A DNA stretch of 64,000 nt, from contig NC_043001.1 in NCBI RefSeq assembly GCF_006345805.1, forward strand, positions 18,724,001 through 18,788,000. The letters run 5' to 3'. The position numbers and the translations under genes are program-made. Below, piece after piece: positions 25,371 to 38,606 of this stretch. Numbering within the stretch: position 1 is the stretch's first letter; each line of letters opens with the position of its first letter. The stretch comes from Octopus sinensis (lineage: Eukaryota). The notes under the pieces were generated by a model. The model was not told where the DNA came from. It saw nothing but the letters and a program-made list of their open reading frames with translations, and ran no database searches.

Positions 25371-26202
25371 TACAGGGTACAAGGGTAAATTGTCTCCATT
25401 TTATATTTTTTATTTCGCCCATGTGCATAATTTGTTTTTGATTTTATACACTACACAGTATAGTGGGGTTAGTTGGGCACCGTCTGTGAGTAAAACAGCA
25501 CCATGACGCAATCCCTTCTGCCAAAAAACGACATGCTGTACTGCTTGGTATTCACGCCGGAAGCTCCAATACGAACATTTCAGAGTGTTGGGTATCAACC
25601 TGAGGACAGTGCATACACTGAGGGTGATAAAAATCAAACATCCAATCAACATCATGATGTTTGAAGTGATAACTCGTGATGGCAACGTTTCCATTCATCA
25701 TCTCACATGGCCTCAGACTAAATACAGAGGCCTACATTAAATGCCTGGAGGAGGTAGTGCTGCCCTGGGTCAAGAGGGTGGCTGCCAGAAGACTCTGCAC
25801 CTTGCCACATAATTGGTTGTCAGACAGTTTCTGTAACCGCATCACTCCTAAAATCTGGCCACCTAACTCCCCAAACTGCAAATCCCTTGATTATTATGTG
25901 TGGGGCGCATTTGAGCGAGGGACCAACAAAACCCTTTGTGACATCAAAGATGGACTGAAGGCAAGGATTACCGCAGAATTAACCAACTTAAACAAGGAAA
26001 CCATCCAGAAGAGTTACAGGGGATCCCGAAGTCATCTGGAGGCCGCAGTTGAAACCAATGGCGATTTTACTGAATAAATTTACTCTTTAGTATTTCAAGA
26101 TATTTTTATGTAATTTTGGTAAATATATCTGTTAAACTGAGATGTTAGTATTATTTTCATTTTTGCCCAATTTAGACGACAATATATTCACCGAACCCTG
26201 TA
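25371..26202 (+). mobile_element. Internally deleted DD37D (maT/Bmmar1-like) Tc1/mariner transposon
   Basis: TACAGGG...CCCTGTA ends; ORF 25676-26077 with WPPNSPNCKSLDYYVWG (cf. WPPNSPDLNPLDY); N-terminal stub KRHAVLLGIHAG. Confidence 0.8.
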
Positions 26203-26399
26203 TATATATACGTATTATATATGTATATATGTTTGTATATAAACATAATTCAGTTATAAAAGCGATCAACAACAACTAGTAGCTGACCTTTCCATTTTTC
26301 GTCAAATGATGACTCTAATGAAACATGAAAATATCTGGGATTAGTGCTAACCTTAGAAAATTTTCTCAGTTATTCTAAAAGCAATTAAAACAACCCAGA

Positions 26400-26560
26400 G
26401 AGTCTACTACGTTTTGAGCCTACGCTCTTCGACACAGAAATAAACAAGGTGAGAAAATAGAAAAAAAGGTATAGTGGCTAGCGATCTATCATGGCGAATG
26501 CCGGACGGAGGGGTGGGGGTCACACTGTATCGGTTACTATATCCTGAATCGGCTTCTATA
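26400..26560 (-). mobile_element. Family E2 repeat, degenerate hammerhead motif
   Basis: Minus strand ...GTCGA-A-GAGC-GTAG-GCTC-AAAA-CGTA. Confidence 0.6.
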
Positions 26561-26579
26561 TATATATATATATTATATA

Positions 26580-26644
<65 letters not shown>

Positions 26645-26734
26645 ATTATATATACATTCACACACAGGCTGCGGTGAATATATTGTCTAAATTACGCAAA
26701 AATGAAAGTAATACTGACATCTCATTTTAATAGA

Positions 26735-27124
26735 TACTCTTTTACTCTTTTACTTGTTTGAGTTATTTGACTGTGGCCATGCTGGAGCACCGCCTTTAGT
26801 CGAGCAAATCGACCCCAGGACTTATCCTTTGTAAGCCTAGTATTTATTATATCGGTCTCTTTTGCGAAACCGCTAAGTTACGGTGACGTAAACACACCAG
26901 CATCGGTTGTCAAGCGATGTTGGGGGGACAAACACAGACACACAAACATATATATACATATATACGACGGGCTTCTTTCAGTTTCCATCTACCAAATCCA
27001 CTCACAAGGCTTTGGTCGGCCCGAGGCTATAGTAGAAGACACTTGCCGCAGGTGCCACGCAGTGGGACTGAACCCGGAACCATGTGGTTGGTAAACAAGC
27101 TACTTACCACACAGCCACTCCTAA
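26735..27124 (-). mobile_element. SINE family A
   Basis: Full-length match. Confidence 0.88.
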
Positions 27125-28264
27125 GCACATAGATATATATATATATATATATACCATGTTATTTTACATTCAAATATTGCAGTGTCTACCTGATGATCAT
27201 TAAAATGTATTTCATGGTGAGTAAGATACGTTCCTGTATAATCTTACTAGACGTTAAAATATACTGCTATAATATTTTCATATACAAGCTTTATAGTAAA
27301 ATGTACATCGATTATAATGTCGAAATAGATTATATTATCCCATTCTCATTATCAATAAAATACTTTATTATCACAAGTACATTACTATTAAAAATACCCA
27401 AATCCACATCTTCAGATAACCTTTTATTGAAATATACATAAATTTATAAATATATCACCGATATTGCTTTACTTTCTAAATGAAAAGAAATAATACAGTT
27501 ATCAAAGAAATAAAGACCCCATTTAACTAATTAACGTTAGCGAAAATACGTTCAGTTGATTTTAAATGATGTTCATATTTATTGAGATAAAACCTGAATT
27601 GAATATTCATTTTAGTTCAGTGCTAAACTATCAGTGATATGCATTTTGATGACCGCCTTCTTCATTAATATTTATATCTCATCGTTGAAATGCTATTGAA
27701 TGGAGATATGAATTATTCAACGTTTTTATATCCATGTTATCACTGACGTAAGCATGAAATACGAAGGGTTAAAGAATCGCAAAAAATTTTTTCATAGGAA
27801 TTTAATGTTTTTAAAAAGTTTGTATTGCAACTGTTTTATTCTAGGTTTCATGCTCGATTCCACAGGGCCAGTCTGCTGTAAGAAGACTTCTGGCTTAGTT
27901 TCAGGTGACGGAAGTTTGACAGACGGAAACCATGCGCACGCACCCACATTCACGCACAGCCACATACAAACATTCACATGTATGCTCTTTTACATGTTTG
28001 TTTACTTCAGTCACCGCGCTGGAACGCCGCTTTAATGGGTTTTAGCCAGTTGCATCAGACATAATACTTATTTATATTAAAATCGGGTACTTATTTTAAC
28101 GATCTCCGCGGTAGCATACAGTTAGGTTGCAGGATATAGAAACCTATACTGTTTTCTCAAAGTGTGTTTCATAAAAACTCCGTTTGATAAAGCATATAGT
28201 TAGATATACATACATTTTTAAGTACATATTCATACACACACACAAACACAGACACCCACATATG

Positions 28265-28350
<86 letters not shown>

Positions 28351-28390
28351 CATATACATTCATACGTATGTATACATACACATATATATT

Positions 28391-28434
<44 letters not shown>

Positions 28435-28451
28435 GAGAGATATATAGATAG

Positions 28452-28500
<49 letters not shown>

Positions 28501-28837
28501 GAGAGAGAGAGAGAAAGTAAGTTAGAGGTTTTGGATTCAACCAACTAAGGGATAGTATTCATCCAATATACCGGTGGTAGAATACCCAATTATTAATACA
28601 CAAGTGCTGGTTATTGCGTGGCAGTCACCCTACTGAGTATAATAATTAGGCGAGGGTAATGAGTGGTTTTACCCTTAATTTACATGGCAAGAAGAAAATG
28701 GAGGGGATCCAGAGGTTGTATTCATCAGCTGTTAGACATTATATTATGTCTATTTATTTATATTAAACCGTTCAGATAATATATAAATACATGTGTAAAG
28801 TATTAGTAATTTCTAGAATAGAGAAAGAAGATCAGTT

Positions 28838-28961
28838 TCTTACAGCTGTTTCAGCAAAGAGGTCACAATACCCCATGTATTATTTCCATCTTTTCAGTGT
28901 ATTGTAGTAATCTGTAGATAAAATTAGGGTACTTGGGTATGCTTCTAGGCTTCATCAGAGA
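28838..28961 (-). ncRNA. Type-I hammerhead motif with about 100-nt stem II loop (PLE-type)
   Basis: TCT-CTGATGA-AGC...GCT-GAAA-CAGCTG-TA|AGA; palindromic stem III, GUA site. Confidence 0.65.
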
Positions 28962-30581
28962 GTTTCATAAGATAGTCCAAAACCGATAGAAGGGGAATAA
29001 AAAACAGAGAACACAGTTCTACGTTCTCTGTATTTGTGTCTGAAACGCTGGACACTCCATTCCTCACGGCAATTTTCTGTACCTTTTCTGTCACTATGTG
29101 CGATGCACCCCCCCGCTAGCCTCCTTGGGTTATGTTCAATCTGTTTGATCAAAGTATCGTTGCACTTAAATTTTGCGGAAAGAGCTTCGTTCCATAAGGT
29201 TTCCGTTACATATGATCTCTGTATCAGAAACAATAAGCAATTTACATGAATTTTCCGAAAAGTGAAAGGGTTAATGATGGTGCAAAAGATGAAACATTTA
29301 AATTAGTCTTTCGCTACGTTTCCTTTCCTTTATCTTCAAAACTGTGGCAAAGGGCCGTTAATACTAAAAATCCACTCAAGAAGAGCAACATATCGTGCAT
29401 CCTCACGTTCACACCTCTGAGTATTTGTGCTTACACGAGTCTGATTGTGTAAAATTTAAATCACTTTGACATAATCTGTTTAGGATTACCTGAAAAGATT
29501 AATTGGATTTCAACCTTCATGCAATTAGAAAGCTTTCGTCTTATCAGATAATCAATAAACGCATTTTGTCTAAACACCAATTTATTTTAATCACTACTGC
29601 GTAAAATATTCTCTTTTACACTTTCTTCTGTTTTGCTGATATCTTTGAACTGTTATTGAGTACTATCATATGCACTGACGTCATTGCAAATCCAGAGTAA
29701 GAAATCTTATGAAAGGCAGGAGGAGAGAAAGATTATAAAAGAAGTTAATGTGAGACGTGATCAAAAGATTTGGTGAAGCTGTACACAGAACACGATAATC
29801 GTGAGTTATAAAATACAACTAAAAATGTTATATAGGGTTAAATAAAATATTTTGAAATTACACCGACAGGCAGAATAAAGAACGGAAAACAAAACAAATG
29901 GTATCGAAATTTAATAATTTACATTTCGTGACAAATCAATATGAAGATTTTCGTGTTTTCTATGAATATGTTCGAGATTATTTATGTGAATATACGTTAA
30001 GTTCCTCTCAACTGTGCACTTTAAAAACGACTACTAAATAGTAATATGTCAGATGAAATTATTTTTCAACTTGTCAAAGGGTAACAATATCTAGCTGCTT
30101 GAATATTTAATGATATACTGTTACTAGGTATTAGACTCAACATGAAATAGTTGTAATGTCATGCGATAGACTGTAGGGGCAGCTTTAAAGTTTTCATTTG
30201 AATCATAAATCTTTTATAAGCTTGTGTATCAGCTTGTGCATATACATGTTTGAGTATTAAAAACAGGAAATGTACTCGGCATATGTGTCAGAGTTTATTC
30301 ATTAGTTTGTGTGTGCGTTCGCTCAACCGTAGAAGTATTTCATGTTATCGCTTGAATGAACTCACAGAAGCGAGAAACTTTAAATAGTGAAGAAATAAAT
30401 CAACTTCAAACGAATAAATGAACATTTTGCATGTATTGAGTTCTTTTCGCCTGCTTATGCACCCAAGCATGGAAAAACTTCGTTAAACTTCGTTAAACTT
30501 CGTTATCGGAATTTAAAAAAAATACAAGGACGTCAATCGCAATTTTGTGCCAAACGTAGAAGTGATATCTCGCAGTATGGA

Positions 30582-30944
30582 AGCACTCCTTCGGTTACGA
30601 CGATGAGGGTTCCGGTTGATCCGAATCAACGGAACAGCCTGCTCGTGAAATTAACGTGCAAGTGGCTGAGCACTCCACTGACACGTGTACCCTTAACGTA
30701 GTTCTCGGGGATATTCAACGTGACACAGAGAGTGACAAGGCCGGCCCTTTGAAATACAGGTACAACAGAAACAGGAAGTAAGAGTGAGAGAAAGTTGTGG
30801 TGAAAGAGTACAGCAGGGATCACCACCATCCCCTGCCGGAGTCTCGTGGAGCTTTTAGGTGTTTTCACTCAATAAACACTCACAACGCCCGGTCTGGGAA
30901 TCGAAACCGCGATCCTATGACCGCGAGTCCGCTGCCCTAACCAG
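30582..30944 (-). mobile_element. SINE family B, tail type T1
   Basis: Near-identical to 52-411. Confidence 0.88.
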
Positions 30945-32393
30945 TATGAAAGGTCTTGCCATTCATAAAAGTTCTTCACCAGGATGATCTAGAGTTTCAT
31001 TTTATTGATCTTTATCTATCTAAAGGCTAAGTCAACCTTGAACTAAAGAAATGTTACTCGTACGGAATAAGCGCTGCCACATTTATTCAATACACCGATT
31101 TTGTGGAAAACATTCGCCGACATATGTTTATGCATTTTCAGAACGAGTAACCTTTACTGAATTTTAGCCGATCTGCACATCAAACATTATGTAGGAGCCT
31201 GGTTTGTTACCGCCAATATTCTATAATATTGCAGTCGGAAAGTCCTCATTATATCCCTTCAAACATGCGTAGGCTTTGACATCAGATTTTAATTATTAAT
31301 GACCTAATCAGAGGCGGAAGAACAGTATGAAAGAGTCTTTTATGAATCCCCGAGTCTATTAAGAAGAAAATTTTGTTCACAGATCAGAAACTTATCTCCA
31401 AATGTTTGAAGCAGAGTTGATAACACTAAAGGCACCAATGAACCAGGTAGTTGTGCTGTACGGGGTGGAGAGATCAAATCTCTCGCTCATTAATTTAAAC
31501 AGTGTTTTGGATGGTCTTAATTACAGTTTTCGTTCTAGTAAATTCCACTCTCGAGACATTTGTCAATTCGATGTTAAGTAAAAGACACCGGTTACGCAAC
31601 GTGATTGGTCCGAAACTACATAGTTTCGAAACCAACTCTGCGCCTGAGTGTGTTTGGTTTAATATGAGGCTCGTTTTGATACGACCTGGTTGTTGACTAC
31701 CTTAAGTGAAGCTCAATCTGTTGCAAGCTTTCCGAACTAGGCCCCACCGGATCACTCTCCAGTTAACTTTAAGCTGGTTATCATTCGCATCAGTCACACA
31801 AGGTTGGGTATCAGCTGCGTCAATTTCAGTCAATCATGGCTTTCTGGGAGGACCAACAGAGATCAAAAACACTCTCCTTCCTCCTTTGAATAAATTATAT
31901 ATATAAAAAATAGCTTCATTTGTATATCTATTGCTTGATGAATAATGACAATTTGGCAAGTTTTACTAATGTTTTCCTGTTCAGTTAGAAAAATGCTACG
32001 TCTGAAGTTAAATTTCTCTTTTCATAATTTAATAAGATTGAATAATATTGAATATTTAATATTAATGAAACTTTACAAATCTGACAGCTCATATATATAT
32101 ACTTATATATATATATCAACAATAACAATACAGTCCACAGATATACAATTTACACAAACTGTCTTCCTGTCTTTCGCTTTCCAATTATAAATAATAATTG
32201 AATCTACTGTGATAAATAGCACGTATATTGAGAAACAGAATTATTGTAACCTGTCTGAAATCACACTTTCTGAGTATGTTTTAATGATGAAGCCAAGAAT
32301 AACAGCCATTCATAAACTAGAGTTATCATTTTGCTTTCTATTGTTTTAAGTTTTTAACGTATTTTCAACGTTGTATTGGTTTAACCACCTCCT

Positions 32394-33381
32394 ATGTTTT
32401 CTATATATCTATATATCACTTTAATGTTAGTTAGAAAATGTTTGTTATATATTTTAACGTCTAAAATGTCTCTTATGGCGAAAAGTGTAAAAACACCATT
32501 TCTGCCATCGCTTTCCTCTAGTGGATTCCCAGATGCGCGTTTCTGGCTTTTTAACCTTCCTCAATACGTATTCATATAGTATCTGATCTGGTTAAAATAA
32601 ATAAATAGAAATAATATAATGTCTAACAACAGATGAAGCAGTTACTCGACAACTTTAATTAAATATAAGGGACTCTGGACTCCCTCCATTTCTTCTTGTC
32701 ATATATATATATAAATATGAAACATAGTAAATAGGGTAATAAAAATAAATTATTATTACCAGTGACCTAGCACAAAAGACGAATTAGTCATTAGACTATA
32801 CATTATTCATATATAAATACATTAAAAGGCTTCCAAATAAAGAAGCAAGTGCTAGATACACAAAAAGGGGATAAATTCATGGAATGGAATGAAAATCAAA
32901 AACGTTTACCATCTCAGCTAATCCTGTACTGCAGTTTATATATATATATATATATATTCGTCTTTTGTGCTAGGTCTCTGGTAATAATAATTTATTTTTA
33001 TTACCCTATTTACTATGTTTCATATTTATATATATATATGACAAGAAGAAATGGAGGGAGTCCAGAGTCCCTTATATTTAATTAAAGTTGTCGAGTAACT
33101 GCTTCATCTGTTGTTAGACATTATATTATTTCTATTTATTTATTTTAAACAGATCAGATACTATATGAATACGTATTGAGGAAGGTTAAAAAGCCAGAAA
33201 CGTGCATCTGGGAATCCACTAGAAAAAAGCGATGGCAGATATGGTGTGTTTACACCTTTCGCCATAAGAGACAAGTTCTTTTTTTTTTTCACTGTTAACT
33301 GCAGTCAATCTCACTTTAGACGTTAAAATATATAACAAACATTTTCTAACTAACATTAAAGTGATATATAGATTTATAGAA

Positions 33382-33386
<5 letters not shown>
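32394..33386. repeat. Large fold-back inverted repeat, about 390-bp arms, about 170-bp spacer
   Basis: 32394-32783 reverse-complements 32957-33386 (insertion of about 40 bp in right arm); arm homologous to 28682-28795. Confidence 0.92.
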
Positions 33387-33420
<34 letters not shown>

Positions 33421-33744
33421 ATATATATATATTTATATATAAAGTGCAGTGAAGCAGATTCATAGCTGTAACTTTAACTAAAAGCTGTCAACATAAGTAA
33501 CCGTGTTGCACTACTGCACCGCCTGGTGGGGATAAATTTAGCAGCATCGGCGCCATGTTGTGATTAAGAGTAAATGAATTTTTGGGTTAGTTAGGGGGTT
33601 TTTACACCTTTTACCATAAGAGAAAATTTTTTCTCCATAGTGGTTGCAGCGAATTTACCTTAAGAAATTAAAATATGTCAAATACGTTTTAATTAACCTA
33701 AAGTTCATTAATACCCTAATCACTGCTTGCGCTTATGTTGCTCT

Positions 33745-34004
33745 TTTTACTCTTTCACGCTTTTAATTGCTTCAGTCATTTGACTGTGGCCATGCTGGAG
33801 CACCGCCTTCCTTTAGTCGAGCAAATCGACCCCAGGACTAATTCTTTGTAAGCCTAGTAATTATTATATCGGTCTCTTTTTCCGAACCGCTAAGTTACGG
33901 GGACGTAAACACACCAGCATCGGTTGTCAAGCGATGTTGGGAGGACAAACACAGACACACAAACACATACACACACACATTCATGTATGTATATATATAT
34001 ATAT

Positions 34005-34044
<40 letters not shown>

Positions 34045-34207
34045 TACGACGGGCTTCTTTCAGTTTCCGTCTACCAAATCCACTCACAAGGCTTTTGTCG
34101 GCCTGAGGCTATAGAAGACACTTGCCTAAGATGCCACGCAGTGAGACTGAACCCGGAACCATGTGGTTGGTAAGCAAGCTACTTACCACACAGCCACTCC
34201 CACGCCT
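33745..34207 (-). mobile_element. SINE family A
   Basis: Full length with AT/AC spacer. Confidence 0.88.
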
Positions 34208-34944
34208 GCTGTCTATATATAAATATGCTTTGTAGTCAACTTTGTATGAAGTGCATTACCTTGTATATAGCGGATCTTTGTGATCAATAGAGAAACCATT
34301 ACGCATGCACGCACGCATGCTCGACGCTTGAACACACACACACACACAAACACAAGCATATGTATGTATGAAAGATTGTAAGTGTGTATATGCGCGCGCG
34401 CGCGCGTGTGTAGATGCATATACGTATACATTCACGCACACACACAAACACATATAGTCTCTGGTATGTCTTCTGTCCTTACTAAATGTTATCAGAAAGT
34501 AATAAAAAGAGAAATACATTATATAAAACATATGCAGAGTATTTTCATCTGTAATTTAACAAAGAAAGCAGCAACTAAAATAAATAACAAAAACAATAGA
34601 CTTTTAATCAATACATTACAGTCAATAAAATTCTTCCTGAAAAGCAACATGAAATAGCCTGCTGACGATGAATAATGTAAACATTATTAGCCAGAGAATA
34701 ATATCATTTTAATTCTTTCGGCAAGAAAGGGAAATAACACCGGATATGTTTCGATTTTATCAGACCGCCACCCCATCAAGGAATCATGGATTCCACCGTA
34801 TCTATTGAAGTAGTGACGACAGAGTGACTACTGGAATGTAGACTTAGTTTCGGGAAATAGAAACATTCTGTGAATGAATTTCTCTTAGACACAATCTGCA
34901 TGGAAAAAGTAAAAGATAAATTATTGTTAATATGCCTCAGCCAT

Positions 34945-35417
34945 GATTGTGTATGTAGGAAACACGCGTTGCTAGCACCTGGTTTCGAGTTCATCCCCAT
35001 TGCACAGCAACTTGGGTAAGCGTCTTCCTCAATAGCCCCGGGATGACCAAGGCCTTGTGAGTAAATATCGTAGACGGAAACTGTGTGGAAGCTTGTCGTA
35101 GGCGTGGCTGTGTGGTAAGAAGCTTGCTTCACAATCACATCGTTCCGGGTTCAGTCCCACTGCGTGGCACCTTGGGCAAGTGTCTTCCACTATAGCCTCG
35201 GGCCAGCAAAAGCCTTGGAGTGTGTTATTGTGTCTGTATTTGTCTCCCGATAATCGCTTGTCAACCGTAACTTAGCGGTTCGGCAAAGAGTGCGATCGAA
35301 CAAGTACTAGGTTTAAAAATACGTTCTAGGGTCGAATTGTTCGAAAAAAAAAATACTTCAAGGAGGTGCTCCGGCATGCCCGTAGTCAAGTGACTGAAAT
35401 AAATAAAAGAATAAAAG

Positions 35418-35465
<48 letters not shown>

Positions 35466-35814
35466 CATATATGTATGTATATATATGTATTAAACTATGG
35501 TTGCAGAACAAACAAATATAAGTTCATCCACGTAACATTTCATATCTCGAACATTTAATCACATAATGTTTTTTCTTTCACATAGAATATACATGTATAA
35601 CATCACGGAAGATGAAGCACAACTCATCAGTACAAGCATATAAGCAAAATACAAGAAAAATGTGTGAATTTCTGTCTACCAAATCCACTCACAAGGCTTT
35701 GGTCATCCCGAGGCTATAGTAGAAGACACTTGCCCAAGGTGCCACGCAGTGGGACTGAACCCGGAACTATGTGGTTGGTAAGCAAGCTACTTACCACACA
35801 GCGACTCCTGCGCC
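34945..35814. mobile_element. Cluster of partial SINE A copies in both orientations
   Basis: 5' half (-) 34945-35115, (+) copy 35100-35410, 5' half (-) 35675-35814. Confidence 0.75.
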
Positions 35815-36041
35815 TAGTTATGTTTGTGTTGACATATTATGTGGCGAACTTCAAAGCGCTAAACAAACTGACACATGCCAATTTAAATTATACTTAATCA
35901 CGAGAGTGAATTAAGATGTAGGAAACCTGTAGGAATCGAACCTTCGCTTCGTCGTTAATAATTATACCATTATACCATTCTGTCTTATCAAAGGAAAATG
36001 TCATTCACCCATCGGGAGCTGTATAGCAGTACGTTTCGATG

Positions 36042-36272
36042 ACGGCGGCGAGCTGGCAGAATCGTTAGCACGCCGGGTGAAATGCTTTGTGGTATTTCGT
36101 CCGCTGTTGCGTTCTGAGTTCAAATTCAGCCGAGGTCGACTTTGCCTTTCATCCTTTCGGGGTCGATAAATTAAGCACCAGTTACTCACTGGGGTCGATG
36201 TAATCGACTTAATCCGTTCGTCTGTCCTTGTTTGTCCCCTCTGTGTTTAAGCCCCTTGTGGGTAGTAAAGAA
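36042..36272 (+). mobile_element. SINE family C, full monomer
   Basis: GGCGGCGAGCTGGCAGAATCGTTAGC...GAGTTCAAATTCAGCCG head (A/B-box-like), core GAGGTCGACTTTGCCTTTCATCCTTTCGGGGTCGATAAATTAAG, tail GTGGGTAGTAAAGAA. Confidence 0.88.
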
Positions 36273-37174
36273 TTAAGGAAAGAGTTAAGAACGTTTCGAT
36301 GTTTGAATTAGTTTTGAATATTTGCACATAAGAAGCCTCTTTTATTTCTGTTTGCTTTGATTTTACTTCGATTCGATTATTCAAATCCATACGAAGCCAA
36401 CGTGTACTTACGTCTATAGGAATTGTACGAGCGCTCGCAGATGTACAAGTACAGCAAATCCGCATATGTATAAGGATTAACTAGAACTCACATGTGTAGA
36501 AATTCGACGACTTGTCACATCTGAAAGAATCCACGTATTCATATCTGTAGCGTGTCCACCAGGCAGTACCTAAGTGTTCGAATCGCTAGACATAGCCGGT
36601 ACTCTCTCTTAGATCATATGTTGCAGTTAAACCAATACATTGGAAAACGTAGTTCTTTTCAAATACAGAAAAAAAGATCAGTTGGTCACATCTGGAATAT
36701 TTCTGATAATAGAACTACTTCATTAGGGCTAACCCCGGCCTAAACAGCTACACCTCACATCTGGGTTTTATATAACACGCATAACTGTTTGTGTTATTAG
36801 CACCCTAAGCGGGTATTTAATGTATATTTTAAAGGTAAATTACACCTGTCTCACTTTGAAGATGGTGCAATAGTTAAAAAAAATATTACCTTATTCTTTG
36901 ATCACAACTATATCTAAATTACTATATGTGTTATTAATGAGGACATTTCAATTTATTAAGCAATAATTCAGTGAAACAGAACATAATTTGCAAAATGTAC
37001 ACACGAAGAAAACGAAGAAAAATAAACAAAAACTGAATCAATATTTTAGCACCCAAATAAGCCTGATAGTTGGTATCAAAGAATAAATTAGATTTTTAAT
37101 ATTATGTACCAGCATAGGATAAACATACATTTCGTCTGCAAAGTGAGACGGATGCGATGGTAAAAATTTACCAT

Positions 37175-37580
37175 TCATGCGTGTGTCTTTGACAACCAGT
37201 GTTGATTTGTTCATGTGCCCATAACGTAGCGGTCCGGCAAAAATTATCGATAGAATATGTACCAGACTTAAAAATACTGGGGGTCGATTTATTTATCTAA
37301 ACCCTTCAGGGAAGTGCCTCGGCATGGCCACAATCAATGACTGAAACAAGTAAAATATAAAAGATAAGCAGCATAGGCGCAGGAGTGGCTGTGTGGTAAG
37401 AAGCTTGCTTCCCAACCCCATGGTTCCGGGTTCAGTCCCACTGCGTGGCACCTTGGCCAAGTGTCTTCTACTATAGCCTCGGGCCAACCAAAACCATGTG
37501 AGTGGATTTGGTAGACGGAAACTGAAAGAAGCCTGTCGTCGTATATATGTATACATATATGTATATATATATATTATATA

Positions 37581-37643
<63 letters not shown>

Positions 37644-37810
37644 TATATAACGGTTAAACTTGATGTAGATAAAGCTATGAATAATAGAGTACAAATTTTG
37701 AGTTAAAATCTCTTTGGAGGCAGTTTTTCAACTTTACGGGGACGTAAACAAACCAGCATTGGTTGTCAAGCGATGTTGGGGGGAAGGACAAACATAGACA
37801 CACAAACATA
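37175..37810. mobile_element. Rearranged SINE A pieces with an 85-bp captured segment
   Basis: 3' half (+), 5' half (+), (AT)n, 37648-37734 insert, inverted mid-piece. Confidence 0.7.
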
Positions 37811-37811
37811 T

Positions 37812-37861
<50 letters not shown>

Positions 37862-37938
37862 ATAAAAGAATAGCAATAAATTTTAGCAGAAAAGCTGAAA
37901 GAATTAGGAATTGTTTTCTACATTTCATATTTTAAATA

Positions 37939-38275
37939 ATATTTCGTTTTTGGATTTGGTTTGCAAGATTCTTTATATGAATTCGTGTGTTGAACCATAT
38001 TCTGTTGTGTCTGGGGAGAGTCATTTTCTTTTGGTGCCTTATTATTTAACACACTCACCGGTAAAATTTCCACTCTTTTTTCTTATTTCTATTTTCCTAA
38101 AATTTTCGTTGCGTCTTGCAACCTTTTCAATAGTTTTGACTCTATTGAAAAGGTTGCAAGACGCAACGAAAATTTTAGGACAATAAAAGTAAGAAAAAAA
38201 GTGGAAATTTTACCTTTGAATGTGTTAAATAATAAGGCACAAAAAGAAAATGACTCTCCCCAGACACAACAGAAT
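37939..38275. mobile_element. Asymmetric fold-back element, copy 2, with U3-A8 hammerhead variant at 38141-38179
   Basis: Arms 37999-38133 and 38142-38275; TCTA-TTGAAAA-G-GTTGC-aagac-GCAAC-GAAA-ATTT-TAGG. Confidence 0.85.
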
Positions 38276-38451
38276 GTTTTAAATAAGTTATCTGCTTTCG
38301 GACGTGGTTTGTTATTATTATATCATAATGTTTCTTGAGAACTCAGGCTTCACAAATTTCCCGTCTATTCCTCGAAGTGTGTATTGTTGTCGAATACTAG
38401 TTCGAGTAGCGGTTGAAATCGTTTCCTTTCATTTACGTTTGTAAAACCCCT

Positions 38452-38606
38452 GAAAAAGATTTGTATATGACAACTATAACTGCTTCCATTTCGTATATGC
38501 CAAAAAAAGATTTGTATATGACAACTATAACTGCTTCATTTCGTATATGCCAAAAAAAGATTTGTATATGACAACTATAACTGCCTCCATTTTGTATATA
38601 TATGCC
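38452..38606. repeat. About 51-bp minisatellite, 3 units
   Basis: AAAAAGATTTGTATATGACAACTATAACTGC... x3. Confidence 0.9.

Noticed and set aside
28955-29249. Possible PLE GIY-YIG C-terminus upstream of the 28838 hammerhead
   Set aside because: No GIY-YIG or RT motif found in the frames examined
31395-31906. Coding-looking mixed-GC block with short ORFs
   Set aside because: All frames on both strands close within about 60-70 codons; no recognisable motif or splice pair
34660-34770. CTGACGA with a downstream hairpin (plus) and CTGATAA-AATC-GAAAC (minus)
   Set aside because: No GAAA in the first case, no stem I or II in the second
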